This document shows, piece by piece, positions 35,801-45,571 of a stretch of DNA of 64,000 bases (positions are counted from its first letter, which is position 1; every line of letters starts with the position of its first letter). This DNA comes from a virus. Taxonomy: Duplodnaviria; Caudoviricetes. The stretch lies in IMG/VR virus record IMGVR_UViG_3300025133_000020; one strand, given 5' to 3'. The position numbers and the translations under genes were made by a program. The notes under the pieces were generated by a model, which searched no databases, was not told the DNA's origin, and saw nothing but the letters and a program-made list of their open reading frames with translations.

Positions 35801-36696
35801 TTACCGTAGTTGATGCTGGTGGTGTTAGTACGACAACTACATTCATAGTAAATGACCCACAACAATTAACGTGTAACGCCTCTGGTGTGAATTTAAGTCT
35901 TGACCCTAACACTGGTCTTTTACTTACTGACGGACAACTTAATCTATTGGTGCAAGGTGGTACACTAGATTATGATTTTGTTTGGACTTGTACTAACCCA
36001 GCAGGTGATGGTAATATGACTTCACAAACAGGTTATGAAACAATTTCTAACTTACCTGCTGGTGTGTATACATTTACCGTAACTGATGGTGCTAACCCAC
36101 CTAATACGTGTACTTCCACTGTAGAATTATTGGAGCCACAACCGTTCACTGCCACAACACAAACTGGGGATACTTTATGTCCTCAGATAGCTAATGGTTT
36201 TATAAATATTTTCCCTGAAGGTGGAATACAACCATACTCATATTGGGTTGAAGCGCTACCTCCAGGAATGGAATTACCTGATGGTTCTTATGTAGGGTAT
36301 TCTGCTAATACGTTTACTAATACTAACTTAGGTGCTGGTACTTATGAAGTGACCGTGACGGATTCTAATAGTACACCTGTATCAATAACGCAAAACATCA
36401 CTATTGAATACGGTACTGCCCCAATAATGGATTGGGAATACGATAATGCTGACCCTGCGTCCGATATTATCACCATTACGGTGATAGACCCTGACCCACA
36501 CCCAGCTAACCCTGCGTATCCACCAACATTACCAGAATACTTAGACCTTACGTTTACATTCTACGTGGATGGTGATATTTACACCAATGAGATTTCACCG
36601 TTTACGATTACTCTACCTGAAGGTGACCATGATATTAGATTCTCATATCAAGGGTGTGTTAGTGAGACTGAGACTGTTACTATACAAGAACAGTAA
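32878..36696 (+). CDS. Large structural (baseplate/fibre) protein with C-terminal SprB-type repeats
   Basis: 1272 aa; N-terminal GRVTVNNGFGVPNAKVSVF carboxypeptidase-regulatory-like block; a hydrophobic helix; Cys-rich middle; repeats GGQGPYNYFW, GGTLDYDF, GGIQPYSYW with GxYxxTVTD. Confidence 0.75.
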   Translation: MGKSIRIRTTPNGDDKFLKINLEQDFDFVEILSLKLTQKELYTKFCADYGAIVGRVTVNNGFGVPNAKVSVFVPVSEADAMNPEIYGEYPYETISDLDSDGVRYNLLSANNDTNNECFTPVGSFPNKRGFLDDDDLLDVYCEYYKYTTTTNDAGDYMIFGVPTGAQVMYAEADMSDIGVISQHPYDYIRIGSSQENFDSTTKFRKEDNLDAMNHILNRSPIGVDVQPFWGDEGNCNVMITRRDIDMKVRVIPHAIFIGSIFGDNEESSINFKCNPRKSLGVLDGQAAGTGKIEMIRQTINGGIERFDVKGGQLIDKDGTWAYQVPMNMDYRVTDEYGNLVPTDDPNKGIPTSANVRFRIGMDVTGGEGSLRNRAKYLVPHNPEVVSDVDFEFGSNTSLNSFTKLRWNTIYTVKNHIRRYERTDSPSNAHIRNFVGVKDVDSARGKYTPFPFNRLEIAKDALFNFICALVIALSVIVATINGTIVWIINKIIGIINDIIEFFGGDGLAYIKCITLECNQHLYAPGCLQSHEGCGVLPLGSICVGSTQYNSCFQTDVWCDAGYTHCVAIGLIESLNLLKFDFYNDWVNGTLYAPLFKYETKKEGEGPDRFCERTCGGGGVNNGDPTDPNGFDNDCYKDTYIIDTCIPVNSCSVYTAGSNRTNEGLIEKNGDTLYYSPFSRNLAVKFFATDIVSLGSSVKCHYDGTPFVQDLWIDTTYNMPPLLPEYVVTGTTQQDDLQLVVSGMDSESANMGNSLFIDVNCVNIQARSQQCGNIRRQCELGVGLDDYLVNNQGEWIADPNSEINNEDIDVLFSRNIFAWLNNEDLRLLHPDPTDPTFSCTYDSFPNCGAIIGSDDYNIFRYHNANQGITTNITPKNDDSFYFYFGLNAASTAISKLRDRYFAPCPVISSPNFTVIGNVQDNTNVSSPGNGSIDVTVIGGQGPYNYFWSYPDGTTPSILGENNENGDIEDLEGGVYTLTVVDAGGVSTTTTFIVNDPQQLTCNASGVNLSLDPNTGLLLTDGQLNLLVQGGTLDYDFVWTCTNPAGDGNMTSQTGYETISNLPAGVYTFTVTDGANPPNTCTSTVELLEPQPFTATTQTGDTLCPQIANGFINIFPEGGIQPYSYWVEALPPGMELPDGSYVGYSANTFTNTNLGAGTYEVTVTDSNSTPVSITQNITIEYGTAPIMDWEYDNADPASDIITITVIDPDPHPANPAYPPTLPEYLDLTFTFYVDGDIYTNEISPFTITLPEGDHDIRFSYQGCVSETETVTIQEQ

Positions 36697-36735
36697 AATT
36701 TACTTTAGTCCTTTAAAAATTCGGCTCATACCTTA

Positions 36736-36743
36736 TATTTAAG
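36736..36743 (+). promoter_or_regulatory. TATTTAAG variant of late motif
   Basis: 4 nt before the ATG at 36748, the same spacing as exact copies. Confidence 0.5.
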
Positions 36744-36747
36744 TAAT

Positions 36748-38574
36748 ATGGGTATGAACAGAATTAAATACAGGTTACGTAGTACTGAATCCCAGACTAG
36801 CGTTAACACCGATACATTCGTTAATATAGAATTAAAAGGTAATGAGAGATTATTACCTTACAACGATATTAATAGAGTGGTAGATGCTGGTGAAGTGTTC
36901 AATAATGAGCGCCAATCATGTACAAAATATCGAATTATAGGTACGATTAAACCCATCATCAGTAATGTGTTATTCAATATATCAGGACCTGATAGTTGGG
37001 TTACATTAACCCAACCTCAATTTCTTGATGACCCATATGATAATCCAGATACTGGTATAGGTTCTATAACGTGGGAACAATCATACAACACCAATCTTAG
37101 TGAAAGAGATGGATGGTTCGGATATTACGACCCTAATTTCGTGGCTTCAGGTGCTTGTGAGTTCACAGATATGAACCCTAAGAGAGAGAAGTTCTCATTC
37201 AAACCAGATGTAAATACTGGGACTAAGAGGTGGGAATTAACGGTGACATATCCATGGTCAGCCAATACGACACACTCATTGATTTACGATTCAATAAATG
37301 GTATATCAGGGTTGCGAATTGTTGGTATAGACACTGTTAATGTTGGTGGTAGAGATGTAGTATTATTCTCTACACCATTGATGCATAATCTGGCTCAGGG
37401 TGATAGAGTTAGGATACGGGGTTTAACACCTACAACCTTTAATGGTGATTATAGAGTTATTAGGGTTGGTACCGATAGTGGTGACCTTAAAGATTATACT
37501 TTTTCTGTAGCTATTGATTATCATCCAGGTAACCTGAACCCTATTCCACCTATTCCACCTATACTACCAGTGAATTCGGCATTGGATATAACAACAGCTA
37601 GAATGAATAGATTAATAGGTGGTCAGGAATCTGAATACTATTTCAGGCTTTTCAAGAAGGTTAGTACAGTGAACACTAATATTAATAATGGTATTTTAGA
37701 AGATGATGATTATGAGATATATCCAGCAGCATTTGCTTCAACTGTTTATAGAGATGAGGTGTGTCAATTCGCTGTAAATGAGGATATTGAAACTAAAGAC
37801 CTTGTAGATAATCTAGGTAGACCATTAAGTGAATTATACCTTACTACTATTAAAACATCGGAAAGTGAGTTCACAACCATTCAAGCTGGATTGGAGATAG
37901 GTCTTGTTCATGGTCATGACGAAGCCTCAATACCAGATATTAGAAGGTTACACACGGATGTAGGTGCTTTAAATGTTAACCCACAAGAGAATCCATTTAT
38001 AAGCCCAGACCCACTTAATTCAGCCGTTACAATCCACCAAGATTGGTTCTGGGGTGATGCGGTGGATTATAATAGGTTTGAGCTTATAGAGTATACCCTA
38101 GGTAGAGTTGGACATAGATTCAATACACTAAATAGGACTTTCCCTACAAACCCACAAATTAATAATATGCCTAAAGGACCCAGATTGGAAGGGTATTTCT
38201 ATTACCCCCACCACTTGATGAAGATAAGAGATTTCTCTAACTATGTTGAGCAAGGTGATGTTAACACTTATGGTATTCCAGATTATGCTGAGGATTTGGA
38301 TGATGGTAGATGGTTATGGAGAGATTTGTTGGATATAGGGTTAAATGATGGTCAATATAAGACCTTGGATTACCCATTCTTAAATGGTTCTCATTATCTA
38401 TACCATAATTTCTGTGTACCAGTTAGAAGGCAAGACCCATATGGTCAATACGACTTACTGTATACGTATAAGAAAGATATTAACGGTAACCAAATAACGT
38501 TCCCACCATATGATATTGTAGGGATTGGCACATCCGATAGATTTAAAGTTAAAGCCGAAGACGATGCCTGTTAA
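36748..38574 (+). CDS. Structural protein (tail/baseplate region), function unknown
   Basis: 608-aa ORF in the structural operon; ends WRDLLDIG...YPFLNGSHY. Confidence 0.75.
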   Translation: MGMNRIKYRLRSTESQTSVNTDTFVNIELKGNERLLPYNDINRVVDAGEVFNNERQSCTKYRIIGTIKPIISNVLFNISGPDSWVTLTQPQFLDDPYDNPDTGIGSITWEQSYNTNLSERDGWFGYYDPNFVASGACEFTDMNPKREKFSFKPDVNTGTKRWELTVTYPWSANTTHSLIYDSINGISGLRIVGIDTVNVGGRDVVLFSTPLMHNLAQGDRVRIRGLTPTTFNGDYRVIRVGTDSGDLKDYTFSVAIDYHPGNLNPIPPIPPILPVNSALDITTARMNRLIGGQESEYYFRLFKKVSTVNTNINNGILEDDDYEIYPAAFASTVYRDEVCQFAVNEDIETKDLVDNLGRPLSELYLTTIKTSESEFTTIQAGLEIGLVHGHDEASIPDIRRLHTDVGALNVNPQENPFISPDPLNSAVTIHQDWFWGDAVDYNRFELIEYTLGRVGHRFNTLNRTFPTNPQINNMPKGPRLEGYFYYPHHLMKIRDFSNYVEQGDVNTYGIPDYAEDLDDGRWLWRDLLDIGLNDGQYKTLDYPFLNGSHYLYHNFCVPVRRQDPYGQYDLLYTYKKDINGNQITFPPYDIVGIGTSDRFKVKAEDDAC

Positions 38575-39388
38575 TAGATATACATTTAGGGTTCCGACTG
38601 CTACCGCGACTGCTACCACGATAAACATTCCAATAGATATGGACTTCCAATTGGTTGACCAAGGGGAAACTATTGAACGACAGTTTGTTGACGTTGAGAC
38701 GGAGAAAGCTATTAATCCTATTACCGATTATGAGAAGGTTAGGTTTATACCCAGAAATGGTGTAACTGATGCTAGAATAGTTTCTTATGATGTTAATTTC
38801 TGGGATGGGATAAGCAATTATTATAATACGCCTAACTCTACCATGTATGCTGATATTGGGTTTATTGATGATGATTTGAGGTTTAGGAAGAATAACCTAA
38901 TTAAGTCTGTATTGAGTTTGGAATTTTATGATTCGCCTATTGTGACTGACCAGAATTTGATATCGGTTATATTCATTAATCCAGACATACGATTGGCTGA
39001 CATTAATATCAATAGTCAGGTAACACCAGCATCAAGTAAGGCAGTACTATTTTCATTGGGTAACCCATTGAATTATAATGAGGTGTTTGGTGAGGGTTTC
39101 TTCATATATCACTATAAGGATGAGGTGGATTTCACACTACCTAAAGATTTATATATGAGAGCGTCATTCAAGAACGCTAAAACAGGTAAACGTACCAATA
39201 TGATGACGGAACCATTCGATATTAATAACCAGATACAGATTGACGGGTTACAAGGCGTTCTACATACCAAATATACATTGGTCAGAACACAAACAGGATA
39301 TTACTATGAGTTGGATACAGCGCAAAGTAATGTGGAGTTCGTTGGTGACGCATACAAGATAAAACTGTACGAAATTATGGTAGCATAA
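38564..39388 (+). CDS. Structural protein, function unknown (likely start ATG 38564, MPVNRY)
   Basis: The track ORF starts at 38525, but the in-frame ATG at 38564 overlaps the upstream stop region in the usual coupled way. Confidence 0.7.
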   Translation: MPVNRYTFRVPTATATATTINIPIDMDFQLVDQGETIERQFVDVETEKAINPITDYEKVRFIPRNGVTDARIVSYDVNFWDGISNYYNTPNSTMYADIGFIDDDLRFRKNNLIKSVLSLEFYDSPIVTDQNLISVIFINPDIRLADININSQVTPASSKAVLFSLGNPLNYNEVFGEGFFIYHYKDEVDFTLPKDLYMRASFKNAKTGKRTNMMTEPFDINNQIQIDGLQGVLHTKYTLVRTQTGYYYELDTAQSNVEFVGDAYKIKLYEIMVA

Positions 39389-40455
39389 TGAGAGAGATTA
39401 AACGTAAAATATCACTTAGAGAGTTCAAAAGCTTTGAAGAAGGTATCCTATATGGGGAGTTCGTGGAACCTAATATGTACATAAAGATTGACCTTAAACA
39501 GTCGGCTGATGATATGGGTATATTCACTGATTTAGACTTTTTACCGTTTGGTGATACTTGTGGTGGTTTTGATGCTAACCTATTCATAAACGATATAACT
39601 TGCTTTGAAGGTCCGCCAAGTAGCGCACCAGCTATTGGTTCCATGTATGTGGTAGCTAATGGTGGAACGGAACCGTACACTTATCTATGGAGTACTGGGG
39701 CAGATGTTGATACTATTAGTGGTTTGAATTCTGGTACTTATAGTGTAGTAGTAACGGATATACATGGATGTCATGTGGAATTAGAAGGTACCATAGAGGT
39801 ATCTTCCAGTGCTGATGGTAGTATTACCGTGACGCTGACACAAGATGTTGGAAATATACTTCAAGATGTGGTTACCCCAGTTACAACTAACACACCAGAC
39901 CCTATAATATTATGTCCTAGTGAGACGGCTACTTTAACCGCTTTACCAGGATATCAAACATATGTTTGGGAAGATGAATTCGGTAATAACGTTGGTAACA
40001 CCCAATCGCTAGTGATAGATGGTCTGGAAGGTACCTTCCATGTTAGTGTGGAGGATGCCTATGGTTGTACTGGTGAATCTATGACGGTTACGATAGAGTA
40101 TGCCGTTGAGCCACCATTAATCATAGAACCACTTAATCTACCACCAGATGTTGTTGGTAGTGGTACATATGAAGACCCATGGATTATATGTAACCCAAAT
40201 ACTACAGAGCAACCATTGATAGAATTTGGTGTGACTGAGCCAAACTACTTTATCGGTTATAAATGGAGTGGTACTCTATATAGTGGTGGTGCAATAGCTC
40301 AACAATCAGGTACGAATTGTTCAACATCAGCCCCATGTGAAATATATGTTGAGGCTACTAGTATATGTGACCTTAACCCACCATATACCGTATTACAAAG
40401 TAATCAATTTTGGATTGCTTATTCAATAACCCCACCATGCGAAGAAGTCCTTTAA
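39388..40455 (+). CDS. Structural protein with SprB repeat and Ig/PKD-like domains
   Basis: ANGGTEPYTYLWSTG...ISGLNSGTYSVVVTDIHGC and TLTALPGYQTYVW...GTFHVSVEDAYGCTG. Confidence 0.75.
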   Translation: MREIKRKISLREFKSFEEGILYGEFVEPNMYIKIDLKQSADDMGIFTDLDFLPFGDTCGGFDANLFINDITCFEGPPSSAPAIGSMYVVANGGTEPYTYLWSTGADVDTISGLNSGTYSVVVTDIHGCHVELEGTIEVSSSADGSITVTLTQDVGNILQDVVTPVTTNTPDPIILCPSETATLTALPGYQTYVWEDEFGNNVGNTQSLVIDGLEGTFHVSVEDAYGCTGESMTVTIEYAVEPPLIIEPLNLPPDVVGSGTYEDPWIICNPNTTEQPLIEFGVTEPNYFIGYKWSGTLYSGGAIAQQSGTNCSTSAPCEIYVEATSICDLNPPYTVLQSNQFWIAYSITPPCEEVL

Positions 40456-40465
40456 CTGAATAATT

Positions 40466-41206
40466 ATGGCTAACGTAAATTACGACATATTAATTGATAG
40501 ACTGCAAACTAACGGTTTCTACTTTCCATTCATGAATGGTGATACACCAGCAATGCTTGCGGCTACCCCGACCAACATCAATGCGTCACCTAATACCAGA
40601 TATTCTGGTGCCACGGTAGACCAATGGTATCAGTTTGCTGGATTCGTAACAGGTTTCACCAATGATAAGTTGAATATGGTTAAGAGTTATGATGACACCG
40701 ACCCGTATATACCTTATTTGATTTTCAATGCTGAGACGTATGATAATTATTTTGGTGATACGGTATTTAGTGGTGTCACAACGCTTACCACTGAAGGTGA
40801 GCCTAATATATACGTTGTTGACGCTGAAGGTGGTGGAGCCAACGCAATAGACACACAACAAAATTTAGCTGTAATTGGTACCGTAGGTCAAACAACTGGA
40901 CTTAAGTATGATAGTTATTCGGCTGACACCTACGATATAGTAGCTTTTGACGGTACACCCACCCCACATCCAAAGACTGAAGTAAGATATGTTGGTGAGG
41001 GTTGGAATGAAACTAACGTGGATTTAAGTGCCATGACTAAAACAGAATATTTATTAGGGATAGTTTCTCCACCAGAAGTCTTTAGTGATGTATTTATAGA
41101 TAGAGGTGCTACTACTGTAATGGAAGACCACCTCAGATTGGGTGAGATAAAAGGGTTAGACGCTTTACTTGACTATGGGAATGGTTATTATAAAGTAGGA
41201 TTATAA
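40466..41206 (+). CDS. Structural protein, function unknown
   Basis: 246 aa; C-terminal PPEVFSDVFIDRG...LRLGEIKGLDALLDYGNGYY. Confidence 0.72.
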   Translation: MANVNYDILIDRLQTNGFYFPFMNGDTPAMLAATPTNINASPNTRYSGATVDQWYQFAGFVTGFTNDKLNMVKSYDDTDPYIPYLIFNAETYDNYFGDTVFSGVTTLTTEGEPNIYVVDAEGGGANAIDTQQNLAVIGTVGQTTGLKYDSYSADTYDIVAFDGTPTPHPKTEVRYVGEGWNETNVDLSAMTKTEYLLGIVSPPEVFSDVFIDRGATTVMEDHLRLGEIKGLDALLDYGNGYYKVGL

Positions 41207-41221
41207 AAGATAGAAAAAGAA

Positions 41222-41878
41222 ATGCCTAAGAAATACAACCATAACGAGGAAGAAATCTGTAAGTTATACTTGGATGGGTTTAGTTTGCAAAAGATTGCGG
41301 ATAAATTCGATGTAAGTAAGATGCCGATACGTACAATAGTGAGTAATCATGGTATCCTTAGAGGTGGTACGAGTAATGGACAGAAGATAATCCTAACCAA
41401 AGAACAGGAAACTCGGATAAAATATTTATACTTAAATGAGTATTGTAGTGGTACGGAGATAGCTTCTAAAATGGGGTTAACTGCACCATTCGTTGATAAA
41501 TATTTGAGTGGTATTGACTATAGAAGAACTAAAGGTGAGGGTGCTTCTATAGGTTTGGTGAAAAGATATAGAGGGGTTAGATATGATGTATATTTAAACT
41601 CAGTAGATGAATATAAGCGATATAAATCTGACGTGTTGAAGGTGACTAATAAACAACCTATCGAAACTTTAGATAATTATAGTAAGCGGGGTGTTAGTGG
41701 GTTAGATGGTGCATATCATTTAGACCATAAATATTCCATATTGGAAGGGTTTAAGCAAGGTATTAACCCAGACATAATTGGTAACATAATTAATTTAGAA
41801 TTCATACCATGGGAAGACAACGTAAAGAAACGGGTCACATGTAGTATTTCTAAAACAGAACTTTTAAACTTAAACTAA
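41222..41878 (+). CDS. Free-standing HNH homing endonuclease 3 (2 HTH repeats + HNH), paralog of endonuclease 2
   Basis: C-terminal ~95 aa align closely with ORF 31552 (YHLDHKYSILEGFKQG...NLEFIPWEDN). Confidence 0.85.
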   Translation: MPKKYNHNEEEICKLYLDGFSLQKIADKFDVSKMPIRTIVSNHGILRGGTSNGQKIILTKEQETRIKYLYLNEYCSGTEIASKMGLTAPFVDKYLSGIDYRRTKGEGASIGLVKRYRGVRYDVYLNSVDEYKRYKSDVLKVTNKQPIETLDNYSKRGVSGLDGAYHLDHKYSILEGFKQGINPDIIGNIINLEFIPWEDNVKKRVTCSISKTELLNLN

Positions 41879-41879
41879 T

Positions 41880-42803
41880 ATGGCAACTGGCGTATACGGA
41901 ATAAATAGACCAGCAGATGTGCTACCAGAGGATTGCGAAATCTGGGTTCACTACTCACCGAGTAGGAGCCAAGCAGGTAACCCTATAATAACGCAGTTAA
42001 ACCCACAACAGGTTCTCCTTCAAACGGATAACCCTAATAAGATACAGTCTAACGTGACTGGATTTGAAGTATTCGGTGGTCTATACACTTTGAAGCTACC
42101 AGTAGCTCAATTCAATACCAAAGGTATCTACACTATTGTAATCAAACCAGTTGAAATTAGAACTAGAATTGTGGATTGTGGCGTGTTGGCTGCATTTCCA
42201 GACCAAAAAGGTCTTCTATTTGATACGGCAGCAGTTTCGTCAACACATGTAAATAAATTTGAGAATAACAACCTAATCGGTTATAGAATAGAATACATCA
42301 ACACTGATACTGGTGTTGCTGATGCTAAATTGAGGAACTTCTTCAAAGTGGTAACATCAAACAACAGAGCAGAACCAGTTAACCAAAACCTTACTAATAG
42401 TAGCCAGAAAGCTATTCGTTATAACTTTAACGATAACTCTTCATTGGTATTCTGTACGGTATCACCCAGTTCAGCTTCGAATGTTAGACCTAACGTCTTA
42501 CCATTCATCGGACAACCGAACCAACAGGTAATCATTACCAACACATTCTTCAATCCACTTATGATTGAGATTGATATGGTTGAATACGATATAGAAACAT
42601 TGGCTTACGGTATCTTCGGTAACCAAAGCAAGTCACTTGAGGATGGTATCTATACTATTTACAACTTCAATAACGATATTTACAAGCAATACAACTTGTT
42701 CGAAATCAAAGACCAATTCACTGGCAAACCATTGTTTGAGGTTAGAGAAGAACGAGATAATATTGACTTTACTAAAGACTTAGATACAATCACTGACGTA
42801 TAA
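41880..42803 (+). CDS. Conserved structural protein, function unknown
   Basis: 307 aa; GLYTLKLP...GIYTIVIKPVEIRTRIVDCGVL; located in the structural operon. Confidence 0.75.
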   Translation: MATGVYGINRPADVLPEDCEIWVHYSPSRSQAGNPIITQLNPQQVLLQTDNPNKIQSNVTGFEVFGGLYTLKLPVAQFNTKGIYTIVIKPVEIRTRIVDCGVLAAFPDQKGLLFDTAAVSSTHVNKFENNNLIGYRIEYINTDTGVADAKLRNFFKVVTSNNRAEPVNQNLTNSSQKAIRYNFNDNSSLVFCTVSPSSASNVRPNVLPFIGQPNQQVIITNTFFNPLMIEIDMVEYDIETLAYGIFGNQSKSLEDGIYTIYNFNNDIYKQYNLFEIKDQFTGKPLFEVREERDNIDFTKDLDTITDV

Positions 42804-45547
42804 TGGCAGAGAATCCTAGAATAAGAGTACCTGGATACGCTCAGAGGGTTTTCTTCAATGACGGAATTGAATATAGAAACTTCTCTGATAGTCTTGTCGG
42901 TAACCAATTGACCGATGAGGGTGGCTTGCCGTTGTTCACAATGGGGAACTTCACGGTTACAACTAACCTTGACCCAAGCGTTAGTATCACCCATAATACA
43001 GGTGGTTACGGTCCTTTCTATGACCTATCCACTCTTGATGTAACTGATAGTGAAACAGCGTTATTATTGAATGATAATGCAACCGCAAGGTTGAATTTGG
43101 ATGATAGTAATCTGTTGAATCACGCATATTTCGGTTCATTAACGGAATTCGTTAGAGTCAATTTAGAAGAGATTATAACTAATTGGGTGGCATCCATTTA
43201 TATGACACCAATTGTAACGTTACCTAATGGTTTAGAAACCACAGGGTACACCGTAACCAATTATTTATACGATGCTAACACTAACACGTCAACATTCAAC
43301 GTACCGTACCAAACAATCATAAACAACTATGAAATTAATTATTTGGTTGAAGGTTCCATTGTGAATACCTTTAATGAGGGTAATGATTTACGTAATATGA
43401 CAGTTAACTACTTGAGTTATAGTGTATTATTGGATAATCTGGAGTATGATGTATTAGCATTTACTGGTTTAACTAATTCTGACTCTGGTAGTCTGTCCTT
43501 CCAAGTGGAAGGTGACCCATTTGCTCTTTCAGCTAATTCGGCTAACCAATTCGTAAAGTACCACATCAAACCAAATAAGGTAGAGGAAGATAAGTTTTTC
43601 AATAACTTACCAGACTTCCAAAAGAGTTTATTGAATACTATAGTTAAGCCTAAGTACACAATAACATTCAGGTACCCAGTTGAGAGTGATGATGGTATAA
43701 TTCTATACCAAACAACTAAACTTAAGTGGACAACAACTGATGGGTATAATTTGGACTTTAATACTCCAGAATATACAGAATACGTTAATCAACTAATTGA
43801 GTTATCTGAACTAACAGACCTATCCAAGTCTGACCTTATTGTAAGGTTCTTGACGGCTGATTCAATCAGTGAGTTCGATACGATACCACAGTGTGATGGT
43901 AGTGAGGATGAAACTGCCGCACAAAAGGTTACCAAGACCTTAAGGGTGTATGGTAGAGAGTTTGATGATATTAAACGATATATAGATGGTATCGCATTTG
44001 CTAATGTGGTAACGTATAATAAGCGAGATAATACGCCAGACCTTGTTCTGAAGAATCTAGCCAGAGTTATGGGTTGGGACTTAGTTTCCAGCATTCTGGA
44101 GAACAATCTATTGGCTAACTACGTAACAACACCAAGAGCATCATTCTCTGGTCAAAGTAGAGGTCTGACCCCTATTGAATCGGAGTATGAGATGTGGAGA
44201 AGGTTGATAATGAACACGCCTTGGATTTGGAAGTCCAAAGGTCAAAGAAAGGTTATTGAGTTCTTAACTCAATTCATTGGTGCGCCAGATGGTTTGATGG
44301 AATTCAACGAACACGTATATGTAGCTTCTGCACCATTGGATATTGACCTATTTAGAGAGGTGTTAAGATTGAATAATCTTGATACTGACTTATCACTGTA
44401 TAATATTGACGAGGATGGGTTCCCTATTGTTAGACCTGATAATAGAGATATGTACTTCCAAAAAGGTGGTGGGTGGTACCGTGAAACTGGTGGCGCTAAT
44501 GCTGGAAAGTATATTCTTGATGGTAATAACCCTCACTCAGGTCCTTACGACAGAGGACAGGAATTCATAAATCAATTCAGAGGATTGATACCAGATTTCG
44601 AACCAGTTACGGTAACGGCAACAACAACAGAAACTGGTACTCAGACGCTATTCACTAACTATAACCAAGGTCTTGTGAATAATTACACTGGTAATACCTA
44701 CGTTGATGTTAGCGCTGATGGTTACGATGTATCTAACTGCATAGTAATAGATTCTTACGTGATTGAAGACCCTAACCCAACAGATGAGGTTAATGACTGT
44801 GGTTGTGATATTGCAACGAACGATGACTCAATTCAAATTGATATTGCGTTCACTGGTAATACGGTAGACCCATGTCCTACATTATATGCTAATGGGTATC
44901 CTAATACGCCAGATGGTTTTAGTGGTGTGACAAGCAATGGTTTCTATGTATTCCAATACCCATTATATGATATTGATGGTGTAACACCAAACGTACTGTA
45001 CCCATTCTATAACAGTCCATTTATACGACCTGATTGTTGTAGTGGAACTACTGGTGACGGGTACTCTATGGATTATACTGATTTGACCATATATGATGAC
45101 GAATCACAACCACAACCTACACTTCCAAGTGAGATAATAGGATTGGGTTATGTTCCATATACTCAAAATGGTAGCATATGCTGTAGGGTAACTAACGGTG
45201 TATACGTAGATGATTGTATATGCTTTGCTACTTGCAATTGGAGATTAACAGGTACCACATTCAATGATTACACAGTATCCATTGGTGGTGAGACGTATCT
45301 ACATTTTGTTGACCCACAAGGTGGTGATAGAGTTGTTAGTCCTGACGGATGTAATTGTATACACCCATCAGTGGCGACATCAGGTGTGATAGACCCATTT
45401 ACTGGAGAAGAAGGTTTCGGTTGTAAATTAGACATAAATGATTGGGGTGAGACCCATTTAATGACAACTAGTTATAAAGATAGGCTTGATAGGATTATTG
45501 GATGTACTGAAGATAATTTCCTAACGCCAGAAACGTTACCAGAATAA
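42803..45547 (+). CDS. Large structural (baseplate/fibre) protein
   Basis: 914 aa; WRRLIMNTPWIWKSKGQRKVIEFL resembles the phage tail protein I-like motif; Cys-rich C-terminus. Confidence 0.72.
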   Translation: MAENPRIRVPGYAQRVFFNDGIEYRNFSDSLVGNQLTDEGGLPLFTMGNFTVTTNLDPSVSITHNTGGYGPFYDLSTLDVTDSETALLLNDNATARLNLDDSNLLNHAYFGSLTEFVRVNLEEIITNWVASIYMTPIVTLPNGLETTGYTVTNYLYDANTNTSTFNVPYQTIINNYEINYLVEGSIVNTFNEGNDLRNMTVNYLSYSVLLDNLEYDVLAFTGLTNSDSGSLSFQVEGDPFALSANSANQFVKYHIKPNKVEEDKFFNNLPDFQKSLLNTIVKPKYTITFRYPVESDDGIILYQTTKLKWTTTDGYNLDFNTPEYTEYVNQLIELSELTDLSKSDLIVRFLTADSISEFDTIPQCDGSEDETAAQKVTKTLRVYGREFDDIKRYIDGIAFANVVTYNKRDNTPDLVLKNLARVMGWDLVSSILENNLLANYVTTPRASFSGQSRGLTPIESEYEMWRRLIMNTPWIWKSKGQRKVIEFLTQFIGAPDGLMEFNEHVYVASAPLDIDLFREVLRLNNLDTDLSLYNIDEDGFPIVRPDNRDMYFQKGGGWYRETGGANAGKYILDGNNPHSGPYDRGQEFINQFRGLIPDFEPVTVTATTTETGTQTLFTNYNQGLVNNYTGNTYVDVSADGYDVSNCIVIDSYVIEDPNPTDEVNDCGCDIATNDDSIQIDIAFTGNTVDPCPTLYANGYPNTPDGFSGVTSNGFYVFQYPLYDIDGVTPNVLYPFYNSPFIRPDCCSGTTGDGYSMDYTDLTIYDDESQPQPTLPSEIIGLGYVPYTQNGSICCRVTNGVYVDDCICFATCNWRLTGTTFNDYTVSIGGETYLHFVDPQGGDRVVSPDGCNCIHPSVATSGVIDPFTGEEGFGCKLDINDWGETHLMTTSYKDRLDRIIGCTEDNFLTPETLPE

Positions 45548-45559
45548 TGAAGAAGAATA

Positions 45560-45567
45560 TATTTAAG
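45560..45567 (+). promoter_or_regulatory. TATTTAAG variant of late motif
   Basis: 4 nt before the ATG at 45572. Confidence 0.5.
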
Positions 45568-45571
45568 ATTA

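Noticed and set aside
41190-41890. Duplicated terminus around endonuclease 3
   Set aside because: The upstream gene ends YYKVGL* and the endonuclease ends ELLNLN*; I could not find a matching recoded copy on either side.
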